A DNA stretch of 64,000 nt from Alphaproteobacteria bacterium (GTDB lineage: Bacteria; Pseudomonadota; Alphaproteobacteria; SP197), in NCBI GenBank assembly GCA_965213815.1, contig OZ243917.1, forward strand, positions 3,609,150 through 3,673,149. The letters are read 5' to 3'. Below, one piece after another: positions 41,223-49,753 of the stretch. The notes below the pieces were generated by a model. The model was given only the letters and a program-made list of their open reading frames with translations, ran no database searches and was not told the origin of the DNA. A program made the position numbers and the translations under genes. Every line of letters starts with the position of its first letter. Position 1 is the first letter of the stretch.

Positions 41223-41225
41223 TGC

Positions 41226-42455
41226 TCATCCCTGCCGGCGCAGGGCGTGGTGCCGGCGCGGGCTCGAGCGGTCCCGGGCGAGATGCATTCTGACCAGCCG
41301 ATTGACATTCTCCAGGCCATCGAGGAGCCCCGGAACCACAACCTGGCCCGGGCGGCGCTGTTGCGGGAGCTGGCGAATCGCCGTCGCCATCGCATCGGCC
41401 CGGGCCGCAGCTTCTTCGGTCAGCATGGAGACAAGACCGAGCTCGCGGGCGCGGCTGGCCCGGATGATCTGCTCGCGGCGCGGCTCCTGTCTTGGAACGA
41501 TGAGCGCCGGCTTGTCGAATGACAGGATCTCGCAGAACGTGTTGTAGCCCCCCATCGCCACCACTCCCGCCGCCCGCGCCATCAACGACTCGAGGTGGGT
41601 TTCGAAGGTGATGGCCGATACCCGTTCAAGACGGTCGATACGGGCCTGGAACTCGGCCTTGACCTCGGGCTGCATGAATGGTCCGAACACGACGAGGGCC
41701 GGCAGTTCGGGCGCCATGGCGCATTCATAGGCCGCCAGCACCCGGTCGACCAGGACGTCACCATCGCCTCCGCCACCCGTGGTCACGAGCACGAAGGGCT
41801 CTTCAATGGCATCGGGCAGGACCGCCTCCGGACCCAGCACGGGCACCGTGCGCTTGAGATACCCGGTGTAGATCACCTTGCGGCGCACCGAGTCCGGCAC
41901 GTCGATCTCGGCAAGAGGATCATGAATCTGGGGCAGGCCATAGACCCAGATCTCGTCGTAGAGATCGCTCAGGGCCGGCACGGCATTCTTGCGTTCCCAC
42001 TCCGGCTTGAGGAGCTCGGGGTCGTCCATGACGTCACGCAGGCCAAGGACGATCCTGGTGCCGCGCTCCTTGAGCATGTCGATCGTCTCGCGGACCTCAC
42101 CTCGCAACCCGAGTGGCTCCTTGTCGACGAGAAAGATGTCGGGATCGAAGATCTCGGCGGTGTGTCGCATGATGGAAGCGCGCAATGCCATGGTCTGCTC
42201 GATGCCGAGCATCGGATTGAGCGGTGAGTACTCCCCGTTGCGCAGCTTGATGACACCGGGAACCCGCACGAAGTCCACCCGGGCACGGAAGTCGAAGCTG
42301 CCGATGATGGGAAGGCCCGAGAGAATGAGGACAGTCAGGTTGTCGACGGCCCCCACCATGGCATGGGCAATGGCCCGGCACCGGCGCAGATGCCCCAGGC
42401 CAAAACTGTCATGACTGTAGATCAGGATGCGTGGACGCCCTGGCACCTTGCTCAT
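41226..42455 (-). CDS. GT-B glycosyltransferase
   Basis: YSHDSFGLGHLRR, TTGGGGDG, MGGYNTFCE; start re-set to 42455. Confidence 0.87.
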   Translation of the reverse strand: MSKVPGRPRILIYSHDSFGLGHLRRCRAIAHAMVGAVDNLTVLILSGLPIIGSFDFRARVDFVRVPGVIKLRNGEYSPLNPMLGIEQTMALRASIMRHTAEIFDPDIFLVDKEPLGLRGEVRETIDMLKERGTRIVLGLRDVMDDPELLKPEWERKNAVPALSDLYDEIWVYGLPQIHDPLAEIDVPDSVRRKVIYTGYLKRTVPVLGPEAVLPDAIEEPFVLVTTGGGGDGDVLVDRVLAAYECAMAPELPALVVFGPFMQPEVKAEFQARIDRLERVSAITFETHLESLMARAAGVVAMGGYNTFCEILSFDKPALIVPRQEPRREQIIRASRARELGLVSMLTEEAAARADAMATAIRQLPQQRRPGQVVVPGLLDGLENVNRLVRMHLARDRSSPRRHHALRRQG

Positions 42456-42586
42456 GACACACCCGTCTGTTTCCAAAAAAACGGCGCGCATTCTGCCACA
42501 GTCACCGTGCCGGCGTCACCGGACGAGTGTCCGGACATGCGCAGAGCCTTGATCCGTTGCCATGTGAACCTAGTATCGCCGGGACC

Positions 42587-45265
42587 ATGGACTCCACCAT
42601 CTACAAATTCATCTTCCGGTATTCGCGCAAGGAGCAGGTGTTCATCCTGCTCTTCACGCTGCTGTCCCTGCCGTTCTATTACGCCTCCCTCGACATTCCC
42701 AAGCTCATCGTCAACAACGTGCTGGCGGACCCGGAGTCCATCGCTCCCGGTTCGGCCGACATGCGCACCCTCGTCATTCTCGGCATCCCTCTGGGCGAGA
42801 TGGAGCGCATCGGTCTGCTGGCCCTCTACTGCGGTCTCTTCCTGGTCCTTGTGCTCGCCAATGGCGGCTTCAAGTACGTCATCAATGTCTACAAGGGCCT
42901 TCTCGGGGAGCGCATGCTGCGGCGGCTGCGCTACCAGCTCTACAGCCGGATCCTGCGCTTTCCCTCGCCTCATTTCCGACGCGTGAGCTCCGGCGAACTG
43001 ATCCCCATGGTGACCCAGGAGGTCGAGCCTCTCGGCGGCTTCATCGGCGATGCCCTTGCTCTTCCCATGTACCAGGGTGGCCTCCTGATCACGGCCCTCT
43101 TCTTCATTTTCATGCAGGATCCCCTGATGGGCCTTGCCTCGGTGGCACTCTACCCCATGCAGGGCTGGATCATTCCGAAACTCCAGCGCCGGGTGAATCT
43201 CCTTGGCAAGGCGCGCGTCCAGGAAGTGCGCAAGGTCTCGGAGCGCATCTCGGAAACCGTTCAGGGCGTTGAGGAGTTGCACGCCAACGGCATGGCACGC
43301 TGGGAGGCGGCCGAGTTCACCGCACGCATGGGACGGATCTTCGACATCCGCTACCAGATCTACCGCAAGAAGTTCTTCATCAAGTTTCTCAACAACTTTC
43401 TGGCGCAGATCACGCCTTTCTTCTTCTACGCCATCGGCGGCTGGTTCGTGATTGATGGCTCCCTCACCCTTGGCGGCCTGGTGGCCGTCCTTGCCGCATA
43501 CAAGGATCTGCCGCCGCCCTGGAAGGAACTGCTCAATCACTACCAGATTCGCGAGGATGCCAGGATCAAGTACGACCAGGTCGTCACCCAGTTTGCACCG
43601 GCCGGCATGAGAAGCGATGCCGTCGTCTTCGGCGATCGCGAGGTCACGCCGTTCACCGGGAGTCTGGCGGCAACCGGTGTGAAGTACGTCGAGGACGACG
43701 ACATCCTCATCGATGGTTTCAACCTCGATGTTCCGCTCGATCGCCACGTCGCCGTCACGGGCGATGCGGTGAGCGGCCGGGACAGGATCGCGCCATTGAT
43801 GGCCCGCCTCGTCGACGCCCGCCAGGGCCGACTGGCTTACGGCACCGAGGACGCCGGTGATCTTCCCGAGGCGGTCCTGGGACGGCGGATCGGCTATGTC
43901 GGCCCCTCGACGTCACTGTTTTCCGCGTCGCTTCTCGACAACCTGCTCTACGGGCTGCGCCAGACTCCGCAAACGCCCCGGCGTGTCCCGCAGGCGATGG
44001 AGGGGGCAGTCTCACGTCAGGCGCGGGAACGCCAGTTGACCGCCAACAGTCCCGACGACATCGAGGATGACTGGGTGAACCTCAACCTGGCGGGCGTGGA
44101 CACGAGATCCGGACTGATCGATGCGGTGCGCCACGCCCTGGCCGTCGCCGATTTCGAGGATGATGTCTACCGCATGGGATTGAGGCGCCAGCTTGATCCC
44201 GCACAGCGGCCCCGGGAGGCGGAACGACTCCTCGAGGCACGGCGCATTCTCGAGGAGCGCCTGGCATCCGAGGCATTCTCAGGCCTGGTCGAACCCTTTG
44301 ACCGCGATACCTACAACAGCAATGCGACGGTCGGCGAGAATCTGCTCTTCGGCACCCCTGTCGGCGACACCTTCGATCTGGATCGCCTGCCGGAAAACGA
44401 CCACATCATGTCTCTGCTCGCCGGAGCCGGATTGACGGAGGAATTCCTGGCCATAGGCTGCGAGGTGGCCCGGACCATGGTCGAGCTCTTTGCCGATCTG
44501 CCGGCGGATCACGAGTTCTTTCTCCAGTTCTCCTTCATCTCACCGGACGATCTTGGCGAGTACCGCACACTGCTCGCAAGGGTGCAGCGCAGCGGAGAGC
44601 AGAGTCTCGACGACGAGGAACGCCAGCGATTCCTGGCACTGCCCTTCCGTCTTGCCCCGGCACGTCATCGTCTCGGCCTGATCGACGACACCATGCAGGC
44701 CCGGCTGCTCGAGGTGCGCCACGCCTTTGCCGAAGGCCTGCCCGACGACCTCGCCGGCAACATCGCGTTCTTCGACCGGGCAGAATACAATTCCGCGCTG
44801 TCACTCCAGGACAACATCCTCTTTGGCAAGATCGCCTGGGGCATGGCCGGGTCCCAGCAGAAGGTGGGGCGCCTCATGGCGGATGTCATCCGCGACCTTG
44901 ATCTGCGCCCGCTGGTGATTGAACTCGGACTGGAGACCGGGGTCGGCATCGGCGGCGCCCGACTGACACCGGCGCAGCGGCAGAAGACGGCCATCGCCCG
45001 GGCCGTCCTCAAGCATCCGGCCATCATGGTGCTGTCGGAAGCGACAGCCATGTTCGACGGAGCATCCCAGACTGCGGTCATGGACAATCTTCGCAAGGAG
45101 TTTCGCGGCAGGGCCCTGATCTGGGTGGTACACAGGCCAGGCGACGCGGCCCGCTTCGACCAGGTCCTTGTCATGAAGGACGGGAAACTTGCCGAGAAGG
45201 GAACCTTCGCGGAGCTCATGGACCGCGACAATTCGGTTCTCGCCAGCCTGATAGCACGTGAATGA
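42587..45265 (+). CDS. ABC exporter-like protein (TMD plus split, degenerate NBD with a large insertion)
   Basis: 6-TM ABC membrane domain; Walker A region GDAVSGRD, signature region LTPAQRQK, Walker B region MVLSEAT. Confidence 0.82.
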   Translation: MDSTIYKFIFRYSRKEQVFILLFTLLSLPFYYASLDIPKLIVNNVLADPESIAPGSADMRTLVILGIPLGEMERIGLLALYCGLFLVLVLANGGFKYVINVYKGLLGERMLRRLRYQLYSRILRFPSPHFRRVSSGELIPMVTQEVEPLGGFIGDALALPMYQGGLLITALFFIFMQDPLMGLASVALYPMQGWIIPKLQRRVNLLGKARVQEVRKVSERISETVQGVEELHANGMARWEAAEFTARMGRIFDIRYQIYRKKFFIKFLNNFLAQITPFFFYAIGGWFVIDGSLTLGGLVAVLAAYKDLPPPWKELLNHYQIREDARIKYDQVVTQFAPAGMRSDAVVFGDREVTPFTGSLAATGVKYVEDDDILIDGFNLDVPLDRHVAVTGDAVSGRDRIAPLMARLVDARQGRLAYGTEDAGDLPEAVLGRRIGYVGPSTSLFSASLLDNLLYGLRQTPQTPRRVPQAMEGAVSRQARERQLTANSPDDIEDDWVNLNLAGVDTRSGLIDAVRHALAVADFEDDVYRMGLRRQLDPAQRPREAERLLEARRILEERLASEAFSGLVEPFDRDTYNSNATVGENLLFGTPVGDTFDLDRLPENDHIMSLLAGAGLTEEFLAIGCEVARTMVELFADLPADHEFFLQFSFISPDDLGEYRTLLARVQRSGEQSLDDEERQRFLALPFRLAPARHRLGLIDDTMQARLLEVRHAFAEGLPDDLAGNIAFFDRAEYNSALSLQDNILFGKIAWGMAGSQQKVGRLMADVIRDLDLRPLVIELGLETGVGIGGARLTPAQRQKTAIARAVLKHPAIMVLSEATAMFDGASQTAVMDNLRKEFRGRALIWVVHRPGDAARFDQVLVMKDGKLAEKGTFAELMDRDNSVLASLIARE

Positions 45266-45283
45266 CATGGGGGGCCCCGGCTC

Positions 45284-45733
45284 ATGAGTCTGCAGGAAGA
45301 AGTCGACCTGTTGCGCACCATCCCGCTGTTTTCGAGGATCGAGCCGAGCCGCCTCAAGCTCCTTGCCTTCACGGCCCAGCGCCTGACGTTCGCCCCGGGG
45401 GACCTGCTGTGCCGCCAGGGTGACGAGGGTGATGCCGCCTACATCATCATCACCGGTGACGCCGATGTCCTCGTCGAATCGGACTCCGGCGCCGTCAAGG
45501 TGGCGGCGCTGGGGCCCAACGATCTCCTGGGAGAGAATGCGATCCTGTGCGACGTGCCGCGCACGGCGACGGTGAAGGCGGTGACGAAGGTGGAGACACT
45601 GATGATCTCCAAGGAACTCTTCTTCCAGCTGGTCAACCAGTTCCCGTCGATCTCGATCGAGATCATGCGCGAACTCGCACGTCGGGTGGAAAAAACGACG
45701 ACGATGCTGCGCGACGCCATGGCGGCCCGCTGA
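45284..45733 (+). CDS. stand-alone cyclic-nucleotide-binding domain protein
   Basis: QGDEGDAAYII, LGENAIL..PRTATV phosphate-binding cassette; no HTH. Confidence 0.9.
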   Translation: MSLQEEVDLLRTIPLFSRIEPSRLKLLAFTAQRLTFAPGDLLCRQGDEGDAAYIIITGDADVLVESDSGAVKVAALGPNDLLGENAILCDVPRTATVKAVTKVETLMISKELFFQLVNQFPSISIEIMRELARRVEKTTTMLRDAMAAR

Positions 45734-45736
45734 AAC

Positions 45737-46240
45737 GTGAGCCGGCTCGACAGCGCCATCCGCCGCTTGGAGGCCCAGCGTTTGTGCCTTGACGAGGCCG
45801 CCGTCCTTGTCGCCGACCGGCCCGGCCACATCCTTGAAATCGGGCTCGGCAACGGCCGCACCTACGACCATCTGCGCTGTCTCTTTCCGCAAAGGGACAT
45901 CTACTGTTTCGACCGCCGGATCGCCGCCCATCCCGACTGCATCCCCGATGACGGCCACATGTTTCTGGGCGATCTTGCAGAGACACTCCCTCGTGCCGCA
46001 CACCGTCTCGGACCGGCGGCCATCCTTGCCCACGCCGATATCGGCTCAGGAGATCATCAGGCGAGCCTCGCCCTCGCCATCCGGCTCGCCGAAATCCTGC
46101 CGCCCCTTCTCGCTCGCGGCGCCGTCATCATCGGCGATCAGCCCCTCCCCAACACCGCCTGGAACACTCTCGGTCTCCCTGCAGGTGTCGCTGCCGGCCG
46201 CTACCACATGTACCGGAAAGCTCCCCCCGCAAGCTCATGA
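45737..46240 (+). CDS. small SAM-dependent methyltransferase-like protein
   Basis: MSRLDSAIRRL, LEIGLGNGRTYDHLR, HADIG. Confidence 0.78.
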   Translation: MSRLDSAIRRLEAQRLCLDEAAVLVADRPGHILEIGLGNGRTYDHLRCLFPQRDIYCFDRRIAAHPDCIPDDGHMFLGDLAETLPRAAHRLGPAAILAHADIGSGDHQASLALAIRLAEILPPLLARGAVIIGDQPLPNTAWNTLGLPAGVAAGRYHMYRKAPPASS

Positions 46241-46278
46241 CCTGAAGGTCGCCAGTTCAAATCCTGCCCCATATACCA
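46233..46278 (+). other. degenerate 3' half of tRNA-fMet (probable att/integration scar)
   Basis: GCTCATGACCTGAAGGTCGCCAGTTCAAATCCTGCCCCATATACCA versus the recalled alphaproteobacterial tRNA-fMet 3' half GCTCATAACCTGAAGGTCGCAGGTTCAAATCCTGCCCCCGCAACCA; no 5' half visible. Confidence 0.72.
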
Positions 46279-46331
46279 CCAGTATCTTCAACAGCGATTC
46301 CCCTGGACGTCACCCCGCCGGTCTTGTCACG

Positions 46332-46360
46332 ATATGACCGGTCAGGAATACTGGTCATAT
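46332..46360 (+). promoter_or_regulatory. probable TA autorepression operator
   Basis: Inverted repeat ATATGACCGG-N9-CTGGTCATAT (9/10 match) abutting the antitoxin ATG. Confidence 0.6.
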
Positions 46361-46598
46361 GAATTCGATCAACGCATCCGATTTCAAGGCGCGGTGCCTT
46401 GCCATCCTGGACCGCGTGCACGAGACCGGCGAACGGATGGTGATCCTGAAGCGCGGCCGGCCAGTCGCCGAGTTGTCGCCGGTCACCGGCGAGGCAAGCC
46501 TCTATCCCCAGGCCGAACTGGAGGGAACGGTCACCATCGTCGGCGACGTCACAGGACCGGTGCTCCCGGAGGACCACTGGGACAGCCTGAAGCGATGA
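46359..46598 (+). CDS. Phd/YefM family antitoxin
   Basis: INASDFKARCLAILDRV, ILKRGRPVAEL. Confidence 0.9.
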   Translation: MNSINASDFKARCLAILDRVHETGERMVILKRGRPVAELSPVTGEASLYPQAELEGTVTIVGDVTGPVLPEDHWDSLKR

Positions 46599-46993
46599 AG
46601 GCATTGCTCGACACGCACATCCTGCTCTGGTGGCACGGAGACCGGGGTCGGCTGTCCCGGGAGCAGCAGGACGTCATTGCGGCCGCCGGCGCGGACTCGC
46701 CGCTTGAGGTTTCCGACATCTCGCTCTGGGAAGTGGCCATGCTGTACAACCTGGGACGGATCCGCCTGACGATTCCCCTGCGGGAGTGGCTGGACAAGGC
46801 TGTCGCCGCGCCGCTGGTGCGGCGGCATGGCATTTCTCCGCCGGTGGCGGCCGAGGTGGCGTCGTTGCCGGATTCCTTTCATCGCGACCCGGCCGATCGC
46901 ATCCTGGTGGCGACCGCCCGCGTGCTCGGCGCGACACTTCTGACACGGGACAGGAGAATTGTCGAAGCGGAGCTGGTCGAGACACTGGGCTGA
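46595..46993 (+). CDS. vapC: PIN-domain toxin (VapC family)
   Basis: LLDTHILLW, SLWEV, HRDPADRIL, LLTRD; ATGA overlap with the antitoxin. Confidence 0.9.
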   Translation: MKALLDTHILLWWHGDRGRLSREQQDVIAAAGADSPLEVSDISLWEVAMLYNLGRIRLTIPLREWLDKAVAAPLVRRHGISPPVAAEVASLPDSFHRDPADRILVATARVLGATLLTRDRRIVEAELVETLG

Positions 46994-47172
46994 CACGGGC
47001 GCGGCTCGACCGGCAGGCGGTACCTGGGCACCGCGTTGATCCTCCGACATGACGGTTACCCCGATTACTGATGACGCGCGTGGCCAGGCGTGACATCGAC
47101 CGGCGCAAGCTTGCCCGGCCGCGGCAGCGCCCGGCGAATGACCGCTCTTCCCCCGTCTGCGGCGTCGCATGA

Positions 47173-48552
47173 TCAGGATGCGGGCTGCGGGTCCTGGCGG
47201 CGCAACCAGTTGAGGAGGTCGATGCGGGTGATGACCCCGAGAAAGGCGTCGCCATCGACAACGATGGCCGTCAGGTCACGACGGAATATAGCCATCAGCG
47301 TGTCGATGTCCGAGGACGCATCGACGGTTTCCGGGCTCACCGACATTGCTGATGCCACGTGATCCGTGAAGGCGCCATGACAACGGCGAATGGCCCACAG
47401 AACATCGGATTCATCAATGATGCCGACGACGTTGTCGTCCACCAGGACCGGCAACTGGCTGATGTCATAGAGTTTCATGCGTGACAACGCGGCGCCGAGT
47501 GTATCATCCGGCGACGTCGTGACGGAGGCCCTGTCGGCATGGGGACGGGCGATAAGATCGCGCAGGTCGCCGTGGCTCTCGCGCTCGAGAAATCCCTGAT
47601 CGAGCATCCAGTAGTCGTTGTACATCTTGGAGAGGTACTTGTTGCCGCTGTCGCAGACCAGTGTCACCACATTCCTTGGCTCATCCTGTTCGCGGCAGAA
47701 GGCCAGGGCGCCCGCCAGCAGGGTACCGGACGACGAGCCGGCCAGGATGCCTTCATCCACGAGGAGCTTGCGCGCTGCCGTGAAGGCCTCGGCATCCGTC
47801 ACCTTGTAGGCCTTCGAGACAAGGGAAAGATCGCTCACTTCGGGGATGAAATCCTCGCCGATGCCCTCGACAAGCCAGGATCCCAACGCGCCCGGGGCGC
47901 CCGTGTTGACCTGGTCGGCCAGCACCGATCCGTGGGGGTCCGCCAGGATCATGTCGACATGGGGGGCCTGCCGGCGAAAGAACCGGCCGAGCCCGGTAAT
48001 GGTGCCACCCGATCCCACACCACAGACGACGGCATCCACCTGGTGCTCCATCTGCTCCCAGATTTCCGGTCCCGTGCCCTGTTCATGAGCCAGCGGATTC
48101 GCCGGATTGCCGAACTGGTTGACAAAGAAACTGTCGGGAGTCTCGTCGGCCAGACGGCTGGCCAGATCCTGGTAGTACTCCGGGTGTCCCCTCGTGACAT
48201 CCGAGCGCGTCAGGCGAATCTCCGCTCCCATGGCCTGCAGGTTGAAGATCTTTTCCTGACTCATCTTGTCGGGTATCACGAGGAGCAGGCGATAGCCCTT
48301 CTGGCGCGCCACAAGGGCAAGGCCGATGCCGGTGTTCCCCGCAGTTGCTTCGATCAGCGTACCACCGGGGCCGATGGACCCCGATTGTTCAGCGGCCTCC
48401 ACCATGGAAAGCGCCGGGCGATCCTTGATCGATCCCCCCGGATTCTGGTTCTCCAGCTTCAGGAACAGACGGCAGGGACCGGTATCGAAGGATCTGACCT
48501 CGACCATCGGGGTGTTGCCAATGGTCTCGAGAATGTTGGTGCTTGCTGCCAT
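47173..48552 (-). CDS. cbs: cystathionine beta-synthase with C-terminal CBS domains
   Basis: NPGGSIKDR, EATAGNTG, GVGSGGT, DSGNKYLSK, CBS pair. Confidence 0.88.
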   Translation of the reverse strand: MAASTNILETIGNTPMVEVRSFDTGPCRLFLKLENQNPGGSIKDRPALSMVEAAEQSGSIGPGGTLIEATAGNTGIGLALVARQKGYRLLLVIPDKMSQEKIFNLQAMGAEIRLTRSDVTRGHPEYYQDLASRLADETPDSFFVNQFGNPANPLAHEQGTGPEIWEQMEHQVDAVVCGVGSGGTITGLGRFFRRQAPHVDMILADPHGSVLADQVNTGAPGALGSWLVEGIGEDFIPEVSDLSLVSKAYKVTDAEAFTAARKLLVDEGILAGSSSGTLLAGALAFCREQDEPRNVVTLVCDSGNKYLSKMYNDYWMLDQGFLERESHGDLRDLIARPHADRASVTTSPDDTLGAALSRMKLYDISQLPVLVDDNVVGIIDESDVLWAIRRCHGAFTDHVASAMSVSPETVDASSDIDTLMAIFRRDLTAIVVDGDAFLGVITRIDLLNWLRRQDPQPAS

Positions 48553-48635
48553 GGCGAGTCTTCCGGTAGAGCCGACAATCACTGTTTCTACAACAGGTGA
48601 TCCTTCTTGACACGAAAGCGGTCGGTGCCTGCCTC

Positions 48636-49058
48636 ATGACCCATCCCCAGAACTACCGTGTCTACGGCGTCCTGCTGCGCAACCGCCAAGTTCTCATTGC
48701 CGCCGAACACGTCGCCGGACTCTTCGTGTGGAAGTATCCAGGGGGCGGAGTCGACCAGGACGAAACGGCGTGTGCCGCACTCGCGAGGGAGTTCCGGGAA
48801 GAAGCCGGCATGGAGATCCGGGTGGTGCAGGAGATCCACGATCCGGGAACCCTGATCAGCCCGTGGACACGGGCGCCCTATACGCCGATCTACTACCTCG
48901 TCGAGTCGGACGACTGCCCGTGTGTGCCCGCTGGCGAGGACATCGACATGCGGTTCATGGACCCGGGCGCGGTGCGTGCCAGCACCCTCGTCGCCGAGCC
49001 CGAAAAGGCAGCCCTGGCCGCCGCCCTGGTGGTTCATGACGCTTCGGGATCGAGATAG
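48636..49058 (+). CDS. NUDIX hydrolase
   Basis: Nudix box GGGVDQDETACAALAREFREEAG. Confidence 0.85.
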   Translation: MTHPQNYRVYGVLLRNRQVLIAAEHVAGLFVWKYPGGGVDQDETACAALAREFREEAGMEIRVVQEIHDPGTLISPWTRAPYTPIYYLVESDDCPCVPAGEDIDMRFMDPGAVRASTLVAEPEKAALAAALVVHDASGSR

Positions 49059-49753
49059 CGCACCAGTTCTGGCAGCACCGGGGCATCAAGCACACAGTCC
49101 GTGGGGCCCGTGAGAAGAACGCGTCCGCCGTCCATGAACGCAACGGTGTCGGCAATGCGCCGGGCATCTGCCGGGTCATGGGTGACGATTACCACAGTCA
49201 GGCCGGACTCCCTCATCAGCCTGGAAACGAGATCGAGCATGGCGCGCCGCAATGCCGGCCCGAGAGCCGCGAAGGGCTCGTCGAGAAGCAGCACGGGACG
49301 TTTCATCACCAGCGCCCTGGCTATGGCGACCCGCTGGCGCTCCCCGCCGGACAGTTCGCCGGGCCGCCGGTGCGCCATGGTCTCGAGTTCCACACGGCAG
49401 AGGGCATCATGGGCCGTTCGCCGGTCGGCAGCCGTCAGTCTCAGACCGGGATCAAGACCAAGGGCGACATTGTCGAGTGCCGACAGGTGGGCAAAGAGAT
49501 TGTGTTCCTGGAAGAGCGTGGTGATCGGCCTCGATGCGGGGGGAAGATCCGTCACCACCCTGCCGTTGACGAGTACGCGCCCCGAAAGCGGCTCTTCGAA
49601 CCCGGCAGCCAGGGACAGCAGCGTACTCTTGCCGGCGCCGCTTGCGCCGATGAGAGCCAGCAACTCGCCGCGACGCACCGCAAGGTCGGCGGCGAGGGTC
49701 CAGCCTCCCTGGCCAAAGGTGATGCCATCGAGTTCAAGCCCGGGCGGCGACAC
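49034..49753 (-). CDS. thiQ: thiamine ABC transporter ATPase
   Basis: GASGAGKST, FQEHNLFAHL, LSGGERQR, DEPFAALGPALR; start approximate. Confidence 0.88.
   Translation of the reverse strand: MSPPGLELDGITFGQGGWTLAADLAVRRGELLALIGASGAGKSTLLSLAAGFEEPLSGRVLVNGRVVTDLPPASRPITTLFQEHNLFAHLSALDNVALGLDPGLRLTAADRRTAHDALCRVELETMAHRRPGELSGGERQRVAIARALVMKRPVLLLDEPFAALGPALRRAMLDLVSRLMRESGLTVVIVTHDPADARRIADTVAFMDGGRVLLTGPTDCVLDAPVLPELVRYLDPEAS

Noticed and set aside
46200-46280. Intact tRNA-Met gene
   Set aside because: The 5' acceptor strand and D-arm are absent and the T-stem is mismatched, so it is kept only as a remnant.
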